This document shows positions 10,087 to 20,281 of a stretch of DNA of 64,000 bases, in pieces; the first letter of the stretch is position 1; each line of letters starts with the position of its first letter. Under the pieces are notes generated by a model that was not told the origin of the DNA, did not search any database, and was given only the letters and a program-made list of their open reading frames with translations. A program made the translations under genes and the position numbers. The DNA is taken from assembly GCF_056746865.1 (NCBI RefSeq), contig NZ_CM163382.1; one strand, given 5' to 3'.

Positions 10087-10619
10087 TACCATTTAACTGA
10101 AAGCCACCATAACGTCTTTTTGACTACATCCATGATAATGAGTCTCATTTTGATTTCGTTTTTTTTGTTTCGGGAAATTTTCCGAACATCAGTGATAATG
10201 AGGGTTTTGTTGTTTTTGTTTCTGCAATGTTTGAGGGCTGTTCCTGGAGATGATTCGTTGCTTGTGAGCAAGAGGTGGTCCGCTTTACTGGACAAGTTTT
10301 GCATTTGTTGAGTGGTGAAATGGAAGTAAAAAGAGCCCCTTTCTGGCAATGACTGAAAAAGTCAGTAGCGTGTGACAGTAAAAACTAACATAAAGTGATT
10401 ATCGTATGATTATGACAATGACTTATAACTTTTATGAAAAGAACAACAGAAACTATGAAACCATAGCAGATTCCTGAGACCATGTTTTCTGAGGTAGAGA
10501 AAATAATTCAAGAGTAAACCAGTTTGTTTTTTGGTCAGTAAAGAACCATGCCTGATGTGAAAACGGGTAATCAACATTCAGTCTGCATGAATGTCTGAGA
10601 ATGTTGCTAATGTCGGTAT

Positions 10620-10760
10620 GATACTATATACACGTATTTTACTAAGTATTTTTACTAAGCATTTCAGTAAGTGTTTTACCAGACATACACGTGTTTTCAT
10701 AAACAGCCCTATAAGTGTTTTCATTAAGCATTGCTGTACACATTGCTTTGTCTGAAACAC
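10620..10760. repeat. Iteron-like short direct repeats (ACACGTATTTT / AGTAAGTGTTTT / ACACGTGTTTTC / ATAAGTGTTTTC) in AT-rich noncoding DNA
   Basis: At least four closely spaced copies of a TGTTTT/TATTTT-cored motif read directly in the sequence. Confidence 0.4.
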
Positions 10761-11601
10761 ATCCAGTTTAGTAAATCTTTACGTTAGCTAAAATCAGTTT
10801 AAAGCTGCTGTAAAACCTTTCTGTTTAAGCAATCAATCTGCTATTCGATTTTACTGATGTTGCGTTTAACCTTTTCTGAGTTTTTGTGTTTTTAGTCGTT
10901 AACCTGAGACAAGTGTCTTTACGTAAAAACGCAAATCCGACTGAGATAACCTGGTGTGATTTACGGTGTGCTTGCGACGATTTTGTTAAATGGTTCTATG
11001 GATGATTTTGTGACGATGAGATTGATGAGATGATTAACTGGCCCTGGTGTTTTTTCTCAGTGCAAGGTGATTATCTTCATCATAAGGCTCTTTTCAGAAA
11101 AAGCGTGATGATTGGTTCTGGTGTTTTGATTCAGATGAGATTTACGTTATCGATGGTTAATCGTTTTTATGGTGTGTTGAAAAGTAACGTTTTCACGATA
11201 AGAAAATCGATTCTGATATTGGTGAACTTTGTTCTTGTGGCAGGGTTATCTGTAAACAGGTTTTAAGTGCGCTATTCGGCTCTGTGATTGAGTTGTGTGG
11301 TTAAGCTGTAGGTTTTGGTGTTGTTGTTGATTTACAGCGCCAGAAAGCGTTCTGATTGCGTTTTTGATGTTTTGTTTGCACGTTCTGTTGATCCGTTTCC
11401 CTTCAGGCTTTGTAGTTTTTAAAAACCATTTATGCCGTTGTTGTGTGTTTTATCCTGCGTGTAGGTTTATCTTTTCTTCGTGGGGGATTCATTCTGTTTT
11501 AATCAGGAGCCATTGGCGTTGCTCAATGGCGGGATGCCGTAAAGTTTTACCGCAGTGATTAATGATGTGAAGTCAATCCAAATCAACGGAGATCTCTCAT
11601 C

Positions 11602-12333
11602 ATGAATCAACCAATACACAATGCTTACTGGTTATCCCGTTTTGAAAGTATTCTCAACAGTGCCCTGGCGCAACACCGTGCCGTCTCGTTAATCCGGGTG
11701 GATTTACGTTTCCCTGAGTATATGCCTGCCACCATCATGGATACCGATTTAGATTCAGCGGTGATTTCTCGTTTTTTTGCATCCCTGAAAGCAAAAATTC
11801 AGGCTTACCAGCGACATAAACGACGTGCCAACAAGCGTGTGCGTGCAACCACTCTGCGTTATTTCTGGTGTCGGGAGTTTGGCAAGGAAAAAGGCAGGAA
11901 ACATTATCACGTGATATTACTGCTCAACAAAGATACCTGGTGCTCGCCAGGGGATTTCACCGTTCCTTCTTCGCTGGCGACACTGATCAAGCTGGCATGG
12001 TGTAGTGCTCTGCATCTTGAGCCCTGGCAGGGTAATGGACTGGTTCATTTTTCCAGGCGGACGCCTTTCCGTAAACCGACATCATCTGATGCTCGCCCTT
12101 CTTCCGATGATACGCCTTTGTCGGGTGGATGTTCTGATACCAGGAAGGCTTCAGACAAAAAGCCGGGTGAAGCCGCTGTTCTCTGGATCAAGCGTGGTGA
12201 TGTGGAAGCGCTGCAGAAAGCCCGGAACAGAGCCAGTTATCTCGTGAAATATGAGACGAAGCAGCATGACGGTTCCGGGCAACGTAATTATGGTTGCAGT
12301 CGTGGGCCGGGGCGTCTGCTGGATGGCAGGTGA
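11602..12333 (+). CDS. Inovirus Gp2-like protein (YagK/YfjJ family) of CP4-type elements
   Basis: N-terminus MNQPIHNAYWLSRFESILNSALAQHRAVSLIRVDLRFPE recognised from memory of the YagK family; RBS ggag 12 nt upstream. Confidence 0.55.
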   Translation: MNQPIHNAYWLSRFESILNSALAQHRAVSLIRVDLRFPEYMPATIMDTDLDSAVISRFFASLKAKIQAYQRHKRRANKRVRATTLRYFWCREFGKEKGRKHYHVILLLNKDTWCSPGDFTVPSSLATLIKLAWCSALHLEPWQGNGLVHFSRRTPFRKPTSSDARPSSDDTPLSGGCSDTRKASDKKPGEAAVLWIKRGDVEALQKARNRASYLVKYETKQHDGSGQRNYGCSRGPGRLLDGR

Positions 12334-12689
12334 GCCCTGTAAAACGACATCCGGTGTCTGAGCTTATGCTACAGGACGTTGGCTGACGCCCTTAGCTCGT
12401 TTTCTGAAAAAGTCGTCCTGAAGTCATGCAACGGTATTTTTCTCTGCTTTCGCTCCTGGAAACACTCCGTCGGTAAAACCTTACTGTCCTGCTTAATGAT
12501 GTGAACCGAAGTCAACGGAGAGCATTCATTCTGAACCTGCATCCGGTGTTCTGTCCCTTGTCGGTTACCTGATCTTCCCGTTCTGCCGCGGTTTTTCACT
12601 TATTCCATCAACCCCATACGCAAGCCATAACACGTCAGCGCATCCACGGGCAGGACGCGTTGTGGGCTGCGTATAACGGAACATATCTT

Positions 12690-13262
12690 ATGAATGCTAT
12701 CCCTTATTTCGACTATAGCATGGCGCCCTTCTGGCCATCTTATCAGAACAAAATCATCGGCGTTCTCAACCGTGTGTTGCGCGAGCAGTCCTGCTCCCGA
12801 ATACGGCGGATCCTGCTTCGTCTGCCGGGGGAACATGGCAACATCTTCAGCGACAGAAAAACCTGGTTCGGTATGGCCTTTATCGAAACCGTCAGTGCGC
12901 TGATGAATGCAACACCCGGACGCGACCTCTGCTGGCTCCTGACACGTCATCCTGAAAAACCGGAATACCACGTGGTGCTGTGCGTCAGACAGGAATATTT
13001 CGACGGCCCTGAGCTGGACCGGTTGATTCTGGATGCCTGGAGCAACGTACTGGGCTTCGCGTCACCGGGTGAAGCAGCACCGTACCAGAAACAGATAACC
13101 CGGGATGTGGTGCTGGACAGTTGTTCACCGGACTGCGAAGAGAGACTCAAAGAGCTGATATGGGCGTTCAGTGATTTCGCCCGCGATCGTCGTGGTGTGC
13201 GCGATCCGGAAGCCCGTTACCTCGCCGGTAATCCCTGGTATCCCGTAGCAGGCCAGCTCTGA
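12690..13262 (+). CDS. Second YagK/YfjJ-family-like protein (paralogous module)
   Basis: 190-aa ORF from ATG 12690; similar leader element upstream (TTAATGATGTGAA...CAACGGAGA); family call is tentative. Confidence 0.4.
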   Translation: MNAIPYFDYSMAPFWPSYQNKIIGVLNRVLREQSCSRIRRILLRLPGEHGNIFSDRKTWFGMAFIETVSALMNATPGRDLCWLLTRHPEKPEYHVVLCVRQEYFDGPELDRLILDAWSNVLGFASPGEAAPYQKQITRDVVLDSCSPDCEERLKELIWAFSDFARDRRGVRDPEARYLAGNPWYPVAGQL

Positions 13263-13330
13263 AAGCTCAGCTCAGCAGATTCACCCGCATTTGCCCAACA
13301 TTCATAAATCTCACAGAGGACATTCTGACC

Positions 13331-13567
13331 ATGTTGACCTCAATGACAGGTCACGACAGCGTATTGCTGCGTGCCGACGATCCCCTGATCGACATGAACT
13401 ACATCACCAGCTTCACTGGTATGACCGACAAATGGTTTTACAAGCTGATCAGTGAAGGCCATTTCCCTAAACCCATCAAACTGGGGCGCAGCAGCCGCTG
13501 GTACAAAAGTGAAGTGGAGCAGTGGATGCAGCAACGAATCGAGGCATCACGAGGGGCAGCAGCATGA
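13331..13567 (+). CDS. alpA: AlpA-family phage/integrative-element transcriptional regulator
   Basis: 78-aa ORF with AlpA-like core (YITSFTGMTDKWFYKLISEGHFPKPIKLGRSSRWYKSEVEQWM). Confidence 0.8.
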   Translation: MLTSMTGHDSVLLRADDPLIDMNYITSFTGMTDKWFYKLISEGHFPKPIKLGRSSRWYKSEVEQWMQQRIEASRGAAA

Positions 13568-13767
13568 AACGTGTTGTAATGCCGGTACGCTGGCAATGTG
13601 CAAAATACCAGCGTTGGTATTGTGGAAATCAGCCCTGTCCCTGGTGCTGGCGACCTGCTGCCCCCGTCTGTCATTCCTCGTTCTTCGCTGTAACAGGCAT
13701 CGTACCGGTCTCGGCGTGCTTTCCTGCGTACCGACACCGGTTCAGCAACATTCAAGGGGATCAAATC

Positions 13768-14304
13768 GTGCAAATAACCGAAACCGTACTTTCAGAGCCG
13801 GTGGAAATCCGGCGTTTTATTCAGCAGGCGGTGGATCACTGGCCGCGTCTGCTGGCCGTCCACTTCACACTCCATTCGGCAGAAGGAAACATCAACGGAC
13901 AACAGATTCATGCATTCTGTACTTCCTTTTATGAACGTATTACTGAGCGTAATCACACGACCAGTCCATCATCGCCGGTGGTATTACGCTGGTTGCGGGA
14001 ACAACATGGAGGAGCAACAATGCGATGCCTGTTGCTGCTCAGCCAGACGAGTATTTGTCACCCGCGAGCCAGTGTCACAGTTGATGAACAATGTTCGCAA
14101 GTGGTGGATTTACTGCAGCAGACCTGGCGGGGGATGGATACGGGCGGACAATGTCGGGTGGAAAGGTGTTTTCAGGCTGCCCGGGGTGATACATCCGGCC
14201 AGTATATTGCGTTAAAAACAGTTGCATTGTCTCTGGGGTTACCGGTTGTGACCGGTATTACCCATCGCCCGGTACAGCGCTGTACATTGATTACAGCTCA
14301 GTGA
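13768..14304 (+). CDS. Hypothetical protein (GTG start) downstream of alpA; a degenerate paralog lies at 42410-43010
   Basis: RBS agggga plus GTG conserved in both copies, while the upstream DNA differs by indels (so the longer 13522 ORF is unlikely to be the real start). Confidence 0.45.
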   Translation: MQITETVLSEPVEIRRFIQQAVDHWPRLLAVHFTLHSAEGNINGQQIHAFCTSFYERITERNHTTSPSSPVVLRWLREQHGGATMRCLLLLSQTSICHPRASVTVDEQCSQVVDLLQQTWRGMDTGGQCRVERCFQAARGDTSGQYIALKTVALSLGLPVVTGITHRPVQRCTLITAQ

Positions 14305-14321
14305 ACAGCGCTGTTGTGCAG

Positions 14322-14833
14322 TCAACGAGGTTTTCTGTCTTTTCGTCGGTCATTCAGCATCATTAAACGGGTCTCTGCCTCTTTCTGTTCCTGTGGTGTC
14401 ACTTCCCCGCACGGCTGACCGTTCAGGTTGTAACGGGCGCCACCTGCTATTAACGCACGGTAATAGCGCGGAGACTGCACATAAGACGCCACTGCTGCAT
14501 GTAATGTACCAGCGCCAAACGCCAGTTCTCGGATGGCGATATCCTGTATCAGGTCGTCAGGTATCCCCACTTTAAGTGGTTTTGTTTTTTTCCCGGTTGA
14601 ATGACTCAGGCCAGAGTTCCACAAGACGAATAATGCGCTTACGGTTTTTGCTCTGGCGTTTTGTCATGTCGCCACGGTGTTTTATCAGCAGGTTTCTGTT
14701 TATCGTTCAACTGTGGTATCTGGTCACCGGCCTTCATTTTGTATGCTGTGTCCGTTTTATCCTGCAGCGGCGTTGCCGGTGATTTACTGAAAATACCCTG
14801 CGGTTTACGGTTAATGGTCAGAGTTACCATCAA
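14322..14833 (-). other. Two short minus-strand ORFs (100 aa and 64 aa), possibly one frameshifted gene; unknown function
   Basis: ORFs 14322-14624 and 14639-14833 in different frames; no family recognised. Confidence 0.2.
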
Positions 14834-15188
14834 TTTTGTTACCTCGCGCTGTCAATGGAAGTAGTACCTCATCCGATATCTGAAAATGTTTTCCGGTGGA
14901 TGTTACAGCGAATTTCATGTAAGACATGTTGTTGTCGGTATTGTTCAGTACTGTGCGTTGTGAGCGTATTCGTTATCAGACAGAGGGGCAGGGAACAAAT
15001 GGCGTAAACGGACATCTCAGTGCCTGAGAAACAGTACAGGTCAGGCCATCATGGCCTGCAAACAGAGCCCTGGCGACCCCGTGGCCGAAAACGAAACAAT
15101 AACCCGCGCGCAGTGCGAGGAATCCGGATGTGAAGCAATCAGCAGGTAATATTAATGGCAGGACCAGCAGGTTCTTTAAACAAACGAA

Positions 15189-15952
15189 GGTGGTGACTCC
15201 AATTAGTAGAACATATATTTTTCGATAAAGGCACCGATGACTTTTTCATGAAGTTCTACAGAGCGCGAGAAACAGATAGTTCTGCGGGCCAGACGTTTGA
15301 TTCGGGTTCTCAGAGGTAGATGTTGCGCTCAATGCGCTGAGTAAAAATCTTACCAGTCAGATGCTTCTCCTTCGGTAACTCTCTGGTGTAACTACCCCAT
15401 TCGTCAGTGGTCAACATACCGATGGTAAAAGGGCAAGCAGCGCCAGCAATTCACGACAGGTTTAATCAGTCCGTAGGCCAAAAGTGTAGGCCAGAACGCC
15501 ACCAGTTTTCGTGTTGTACGTGTACCAGAGCCAGTGCTGTCGCGCTTTACTGCCGACAAAACTCCATTGCTCATCAAGTTCGCAGATGAGTGCCATATCA
15601 GCATGAGCGACCGGGTATGACGTTATTCTTCGTGGCGAGAGTTTTTTAAAGTCCGGATGACAGTATTAATGCCGATTTTCAGCGTACGGGCAGTATCGCG
15701 AACTCCGGCACCGTTGAAAGCCATTTCAGTGATTTGCTCTTTAACTCCCGGTTTACGGGCCTCGTAACGGTAAGTGAGCTGAAGCACTCGATGACAGTCA
15801 CGGCAGCGAAATCGATCATGTCCTTTGGGTTCTTCCCGTGACGGTAAACCTGAACGGACTGGCAACAGGAGCAATGAAGGTTAACTGTGACCATGAAAGA
15901 ACCTTAAAAGTGGCTATTATACTCCTAATTCAACTAATTGGAGTCATTACCG
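15189..15952 (-). mobile_element. insA: IS1-family element (divergent), full length with about 23-bp terminal inverted repeats; insA recognisable, insB degraded
   Basis: IRs GGTGGTGACTCCAATTAGTAGAA (15189) and reverse complement of ...TTCAACTAATTGGAGTCATTACC (15952); InsA-like ORF 15623-15874 (QLTYRYEARKPGVKEQITEMAFNGAGVRDTARTLKIGINTVIRTLKNS). Confidence 0.7.
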
Positions 15953-15962
15953 TATTCATAAT

Positions 15963-16130
15963 GGATTAGGTTCAGCAGTTGCTGAAGTGCTTGTAGAAAC
16001 TTGTCCTGTGCCCATGCGTCGGGTGGGGGTTAAAGAGCGGTATGGCCAGGTTGAAACTCAGGACTTTTTACAGAGAGAGTACGGGTTAACCGCGCAAGCT
16101 ATTGTGGCGGCAGCCAGAGAGCTATTGTAA
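15963..16130 (+). pseudogene. 3'-terminal fragment of a gene, possibly transketolase-family C-terminal region, truncated by the IS1 element
   Basis: In-frame peptide GLGSAVAEVLVETCPVPMRRVGVKERYGQVETQDFLQREYGLTAQAIVAAARELL ending at TAA 16128-16130, with no upstream start. Confidence 0.3.
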
Positions 16131-16394
16131 TTCATGGAGTTTGTTTACCATTCTGTTTTTCTTAAAAGTGAGTGTCTGTGCGGTCACTAAACTCGGTAAT
16201 AAAGCAGTTCATTGCAGGATAAGAAGCGTTTGGTTGTGTCGTTTTACCGTAAGAACCGACCGCCGTATGTATCCATTAAGCCAGTATTGGTAACGTAGGT
16301 GCCCACCTTTTCAAACTGGTGGGCGCCTGTTATGGAGCAAAAACATTATCCGCAGAACCCCGCAGATCATTTTCAAATGAGTTAAACTTCAAAT

Positions 16395-16506
16395 GGTTAA
16401 ACTGGCTTTGCAACCAGGAGCCTCTGTTGCCCGTATTGCCCGGGAACACGATATCAATGATAACCTCCTGTTCAAATGGCTCAGACTCTGGCAGAACGTA
16501 AGGTAA
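16395..16506 (+). pseudogene. IS3-family transposase OrfA fragment
   Basis: Peptide KLALQPGASVARIAREHDINDNLLFKWLRLW is the conserved IS3-family OrfA HTH region. Confidence 0.45.
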
Positions 16507-17329
16507 AGGGAGATGAAAAAGGCAATAGCAGAACTGAGTGACAGTGAAACCATTCTGGCGTACAGGGTTGGATGGTGAAACTGATAAAAAAACCCTCTGA
16601 AAATTCTGTCAGAGGGTGTAGTCAAAAATGGTAGATATTTACGATGCAGTAATGCTTTCACTCCGGTAATTAATTTCCGTGATTAACTGCTTTCGATCAA
16701 TAAAGGAATTGCAAAAGTGTGATCTTGTTCACGACATCGTGGATGATAATATGCCTGATGTCTGAATCCGGAAACAGTGCTCTGGCGGGTTTCATGTGAA
16801 GTTGACGGATAAAAAATCCGCACGACCAGACAGACGTGCGGTTTACGAAATTCGTAACAAGAGGCTTTTCTACGGATCACGTGGTGCGTGCCACGTGAAA
16901 TTTTTGTAGCGCAAAATGTGCAATGTGTAAATACAAGGAAGGAAAAAAGTTAAATTGGTAGAAGTCCATGCCTGCCACATGTACGTCTGCATTCCTCGTT
17001 TTGAACAGAATTCTCACCAGACATCGTGAATTTCTCATTCAATCATCAGAGATATTAACCAGGATTTTTATTGTTTTGTGATATCAGCAGTGCAGGTATA
17101 CAGACGTTAAAGTAATCAGGTTTATTATAACCACCTTTACAAAGTTGTATATGTTTATAATTTAATGATTTTAATGCCAGTCGTTTTCTGCTGCTTAAAT
17201 TGAGGTCGCATATTATACACAATAATATTCTTAGCATTATTAAATTAATAAGAGAGGATTCTTATCACTGTATTTTTGCTCCGCACTACCGTTCTGGCTG
17301 GTGAAGTAATAATACAGGAGAATAACAGA

Positions 17330-18871
17330 ATGCTTAAAAGACGTGATGCTTTTTTAAAGAAAAGCGCGCTGGCAGTGAGTGTGGCCCTGCTGCTCTCGGC
17401 TCAGGCTCAGGCTGTTTTGACAGGGCCTGTTGATGGTAATTCTTCCAGCTTACTGATTGGAGAAAACTCTTTTATTACGAATTTAACTGGTACAGTTAAT
17501 AACACTTTCCTTTTGGGAGGTGGCGCTTTTAACCTGGATTCACCAGGAAGTCTTCAGTTTGGCTCTTTTTCGGAAGTGTATAATTCTCCACACAGTGTCA
17601 CCCTGGGAAGGGATGCCGGTCAGGCTGAGTCAAAATATGGTGTTGCCATAGGTAAGAGCGCTGAGGTATTTAATTCACAGCATAGTGTTGCTATTGGGGG
17701 ATGGGCTGGAATAGAAAATTCTTCAGGCTCTGTAGCTCTGGGCCATGGCTCACAGGTGTCGGGAGAAAATAACGTGGTATCTGTTGGTGCCGGGCCTGAG
17801 GGATATGGAAAGAGTGTCAAAGGAGCACCGGAAACCCGCCGGATTATAAATGTGTCTGATGGTATCAATAACACAGATGCAGCGACGGTAGGGCAACTGA
17901 ATGAACGATTTGATGATGCACAGGTCTTTTTGTTGCAGACGAATGAAAGAATTGACGAGACAGATAAACGTCTTTCAACAGTTCATGCTGAACTCAGCAG
18001 GGATATTATTGCAGGCACATCGGCAGCGGTGACGTATACAGATGTAACAGCGCTTGCACTTCAGGATGAGATAAAGGATGGGACGAACAAAGTACGTGAT
18101 GAGTTGAAATCACAGGGAGACAGTCTGCGTGGTGAGATAGGCGGTGTATACAGAGATGCCCGTGCTCATACTGACAGTCAGGTCACAGCAGTACGTGATG
18201 AACTGAAGGCAGAGGGAGACAGTCTGCGCGGTGAGATAGGCGGTGTATACAGAGATGCCCGTGCTCATACTGACAGTCAGGTCACAGCAGTACGTGATGA
18301 ACTCAGCAGGGATATTATTGCAGGCACATCGGCAGCGGTGGCGTATACGGATGCATCTTCTCTTGCTCTTCAGGATGAAATAAAAGAAAAAGCGGATGAA
18401 ACAGTTCAGGTTTCCCGGGCTTATACAGATAAAAGTGTACGGGATGCCCGTAAAGAAGCGAAAAGCCAGGCAGAACATCTCAGCGATGTGCTTGTGAAGA
18501 ACAGGGCGCAGACGGATGCAGCAATAGCCTCAAATACAGCAGCGATAAGGAATAACAGTCATCGTCTGGATTTGACGGAAGCCTGGCAGAAGATGGCGAC
18601 AGAGAGAATGAATAATATGCAGGAGCAGATTAAAGAGAACCGGAAGGAGTTAAGGGAGAGTGCAGCCCAGAGCGCGGCACTGGCCGGTCTTTTCCAGCCA
18701 TACAGTGTTGGAAAATTTAACGCGACAGCAGCCGTTGGTGGTTACCGTGATGAGCAGGCCATTGCGGTGGGCGTGGGCTACCGTTTCACAGAGAATGTGG
18801 CAGGAAAAGTTGCAGTTGCTGCAGGTGGGTCATCCGCATCGTGGAATGCTGGTGTGAATTTTGAGTTCTGA
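17330..18871 (+). CDS. Trimeric autotransporter adhesin, YadA-like (possibly Eib/Saa-like), 513 aa
   Basis: Signal peptide ([28 protein letters not shown]), head repeats (GVAIG, SVAIGG, SVALGH), neck motif [11 protein letters not shown], coiled-coil stalk with repeats, C-terminal anchor ending NAGVNFEF. Confidence 0.8.
   Translation: MLKRRDAFLKKSALAVSVALLLSAQAQAVLTGPVDGNSSSLLIGENSFITNLTGTVNNTFLLGGGAFNLDSPGSLQFGSFSEVYNSPHSVTLGRDAGQAESKYGVAIGKSAEVFNSQHSVAIGGWAGIENSSGSVALGHGSQVSGENNVVSVGAGPEGYGKSVKGAPETRRIINVSDGINNTDAATVGQLNERFDDAQVFLLQTNERIDETDKRLSTVHAELSRDIIAGTSAAVTYTDVTALALQDEIKDGTNKVRDELKSQGDSLRGEIGGVYRDARAHTDSQVTAVRDELKAEGDSLRGEIGGVYRDARAHTDSQVTAVRDELSRDIIAGTSAAVAYTDASSLALQDEIKEKADETVQVSRAYTDKSVRDARKEAKSQAEHLSDVLVKNRAQTDAAIASNTAAIRNNSHRLDLTEAWQKMATERMNNMQEQIKENRKELRESAAQSAALAGLFQPYSVGKFNATAAVGGYRDEQAIAVGVGYRFTENVAGKVAVAAGGSSASWNAGVNFEF
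18092..18289 (+). repeat. Two near-identical 99-bp tandem repeats within the adhesin stalk (33-aa units), plus a third partial unit
   Basis: Units start at 18092 and 18191 and differ at only a few positions; a further roughly 45-bp direct repeat at 17984-18036 and 18296-18348. Confidence 0.85.
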
Positions 18872-18892
18872 CAGGTCAGGATTTAGATATCT

Positions 18893-20265
18893 GTCCCGGG
18901 GGGAGTCCCCATAAGCGCTAACTTAAGGGTTGTGGTATTACGCCTGATATGATTTAACGTGCCGATGAATTACTCTCACGATAACTGGTCAGCAATTCTG
19001 GCCCATATTGGTAAGCCCGAAGAACTGGATACTTCGGCACGTAATGCCGGGGCTCTAACCCGCCGCCGCGAAATTCGTGATGCTGCAACTCTGCTACGTC
19101 TGGGGCTGGCTTACGGCCCCGGGGGGATGTCATTACGTGAAGTCACTGCATGGGCTCAGCTCCATGACGTTGCAACATTATCTGACGTGGCTCTCCTGAA
19201 GCGGCTGCGGAATGCCGCCGACTGGTTTGGCATACTTGCCGCACAAACACTTGCTGTACGCGCCGCAGTTACGGGTTGTACAAGCGGAAAGAGATTGCGT
19301 CTTGTCGATGGAACAGCAATCAGTGCGCCCGGGGGCGGCAGCGCTGAATGGCGACTACATATGGGATATGATCCTCATACCTGTCAGTTCACTGATTTTG
19401 AGCTAACCGACAGCAGAGACGCTGAACGGCTGGACCGATTTGCGCAAACGGCAGACGAGATACGCATTGCTGACCGGGGATTCGGTTCGCGTCCCGAATG
19501 TATCCGCTCACTTGCTTTTGGAGAAGCTGATTATATCGTCCGGGTTCACTGGCGAGGATTGCGCTGGTTAACTGCAGAAGGAATGCGCTTTGACATGATG
19601 GGTTTTCTGCGCGGGCTGGATTGCGGTAAGAACGGTGAAACCACTGTAATGATAGGCAATTCAGGTAATAAAAAAGCCGGAGCTCCTTTTCCGGCACGTC
19701 TCATTGCCGTATCACTTCCTCCCGAAAAAGCATTAATCAGTAAAACCCGACTGCTCAGCGAGAATCGTCGAAAAGGACGAGTAGTTCAGGCGGAAACGCT
19801 GGAAGCAGCGGGCCATGTGCTATTGCTAACATCATTACCGGAAGATGAATATTCAGCAGAGCAAGTGGCTGATTGTTACCGTCTGCGATGGCAAATTGAA
19901 CTGGCTTTTAAGCGGCTCAAAAGTTTGCTGCACCTGGATGCTTTGCGTGCAAAGGAACCTGAACTCGCGAAAGCGTGGATATTTGCTAATCTACTCGCCG
20001 CATTTTTAATTGACGACATAATCCAGCCATCGCTGGATTTCCCCCCCAGAAGTGCCGGATCCGAAAAGAAGAACTAACTCGTTGTGGAGAATAACAAAAA
20101 TGGTCATCTGGAGCTTACAGGTGGCCATTCGTGGGACAGTATCCCTGACAGCCTACAAAACGCAATTGAAGAACGCGAGGCATCGTCTTAACGAGGCACC
20201 GAGGCGTCGCATTCTTCAGATGGTTCAACCCTTAAGTTAGCGCTTATGGGGGAGTCCCCCGGGAT
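18893..20265 (+). mobile_element. IS4-family insertion sequence with about 38-bp terminal inverted repeats
   Basis: IRL cccggggggagtccccataagcgctaacttaagggttg (18893-) and IRR caacccttaagttagcgcttatgggggagtcccccggg (-20265); transposase ORF 18959-20077 has the IS4 YREK signature (Y-RL-R-WQI-E-LAFKRL-K). Confidence 0.7.
18959..20077 (+). CDS. IS4-family DDE transposase
   Basis: 372-aa ORF, YREK motif, bounded by the element IRs. Confidence 0.7.
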   Translation: MPMNYSHDNWSAILAHIGKPEELDTSARNAGALTRRREIRDAATLLRLGLAYGPGGMSLREVTAWAQLHDVATLSDVALLKRLRNAADWFGILAAQTLAVRAAVTGCTSGKRLRLVDGTAISAPGGGSAEWRLHMGYDPHTCQFTDFELTDSRDAERLDRFAQTADEIRIADRGFGSRPECIRSLAFGEADYIVRVHWRGLRWLTAEGMRFDMMGFLRGLDCGKNGETTVMIGNSGNKKAGAPFPARLIAVSLPPEKALISKTRLLSENRRKGRVVQAETLEAAGHVLLLTSLPEDEYSAEQVADCYRLRWQIELAFKRLKSLLHLDALRAKEPELAKAWIFANLLAAFLIDDIIQPSLDFPPRSAGSEKKN

Positions 20266-20281
20266 ATAATGAGGTACAGAG

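Noticed and set aside
10128-10226. Two GATAATGAG-containing Fur-box-like motifs just downstream of the 376-aa ORF
   Set aside because: They lie in very AT-rich DNA where partial Fur-consensus matches arise by chance, and no gene start follows them.
13522-13767. Long N-terminal extension (from 13522) of the alpA-downstream gene
   Set aside because: The upstream region differs by indels between the two copies, while similarity resumes at the RBS and GTG at 13768, so the extension is more likely 5' UTR.
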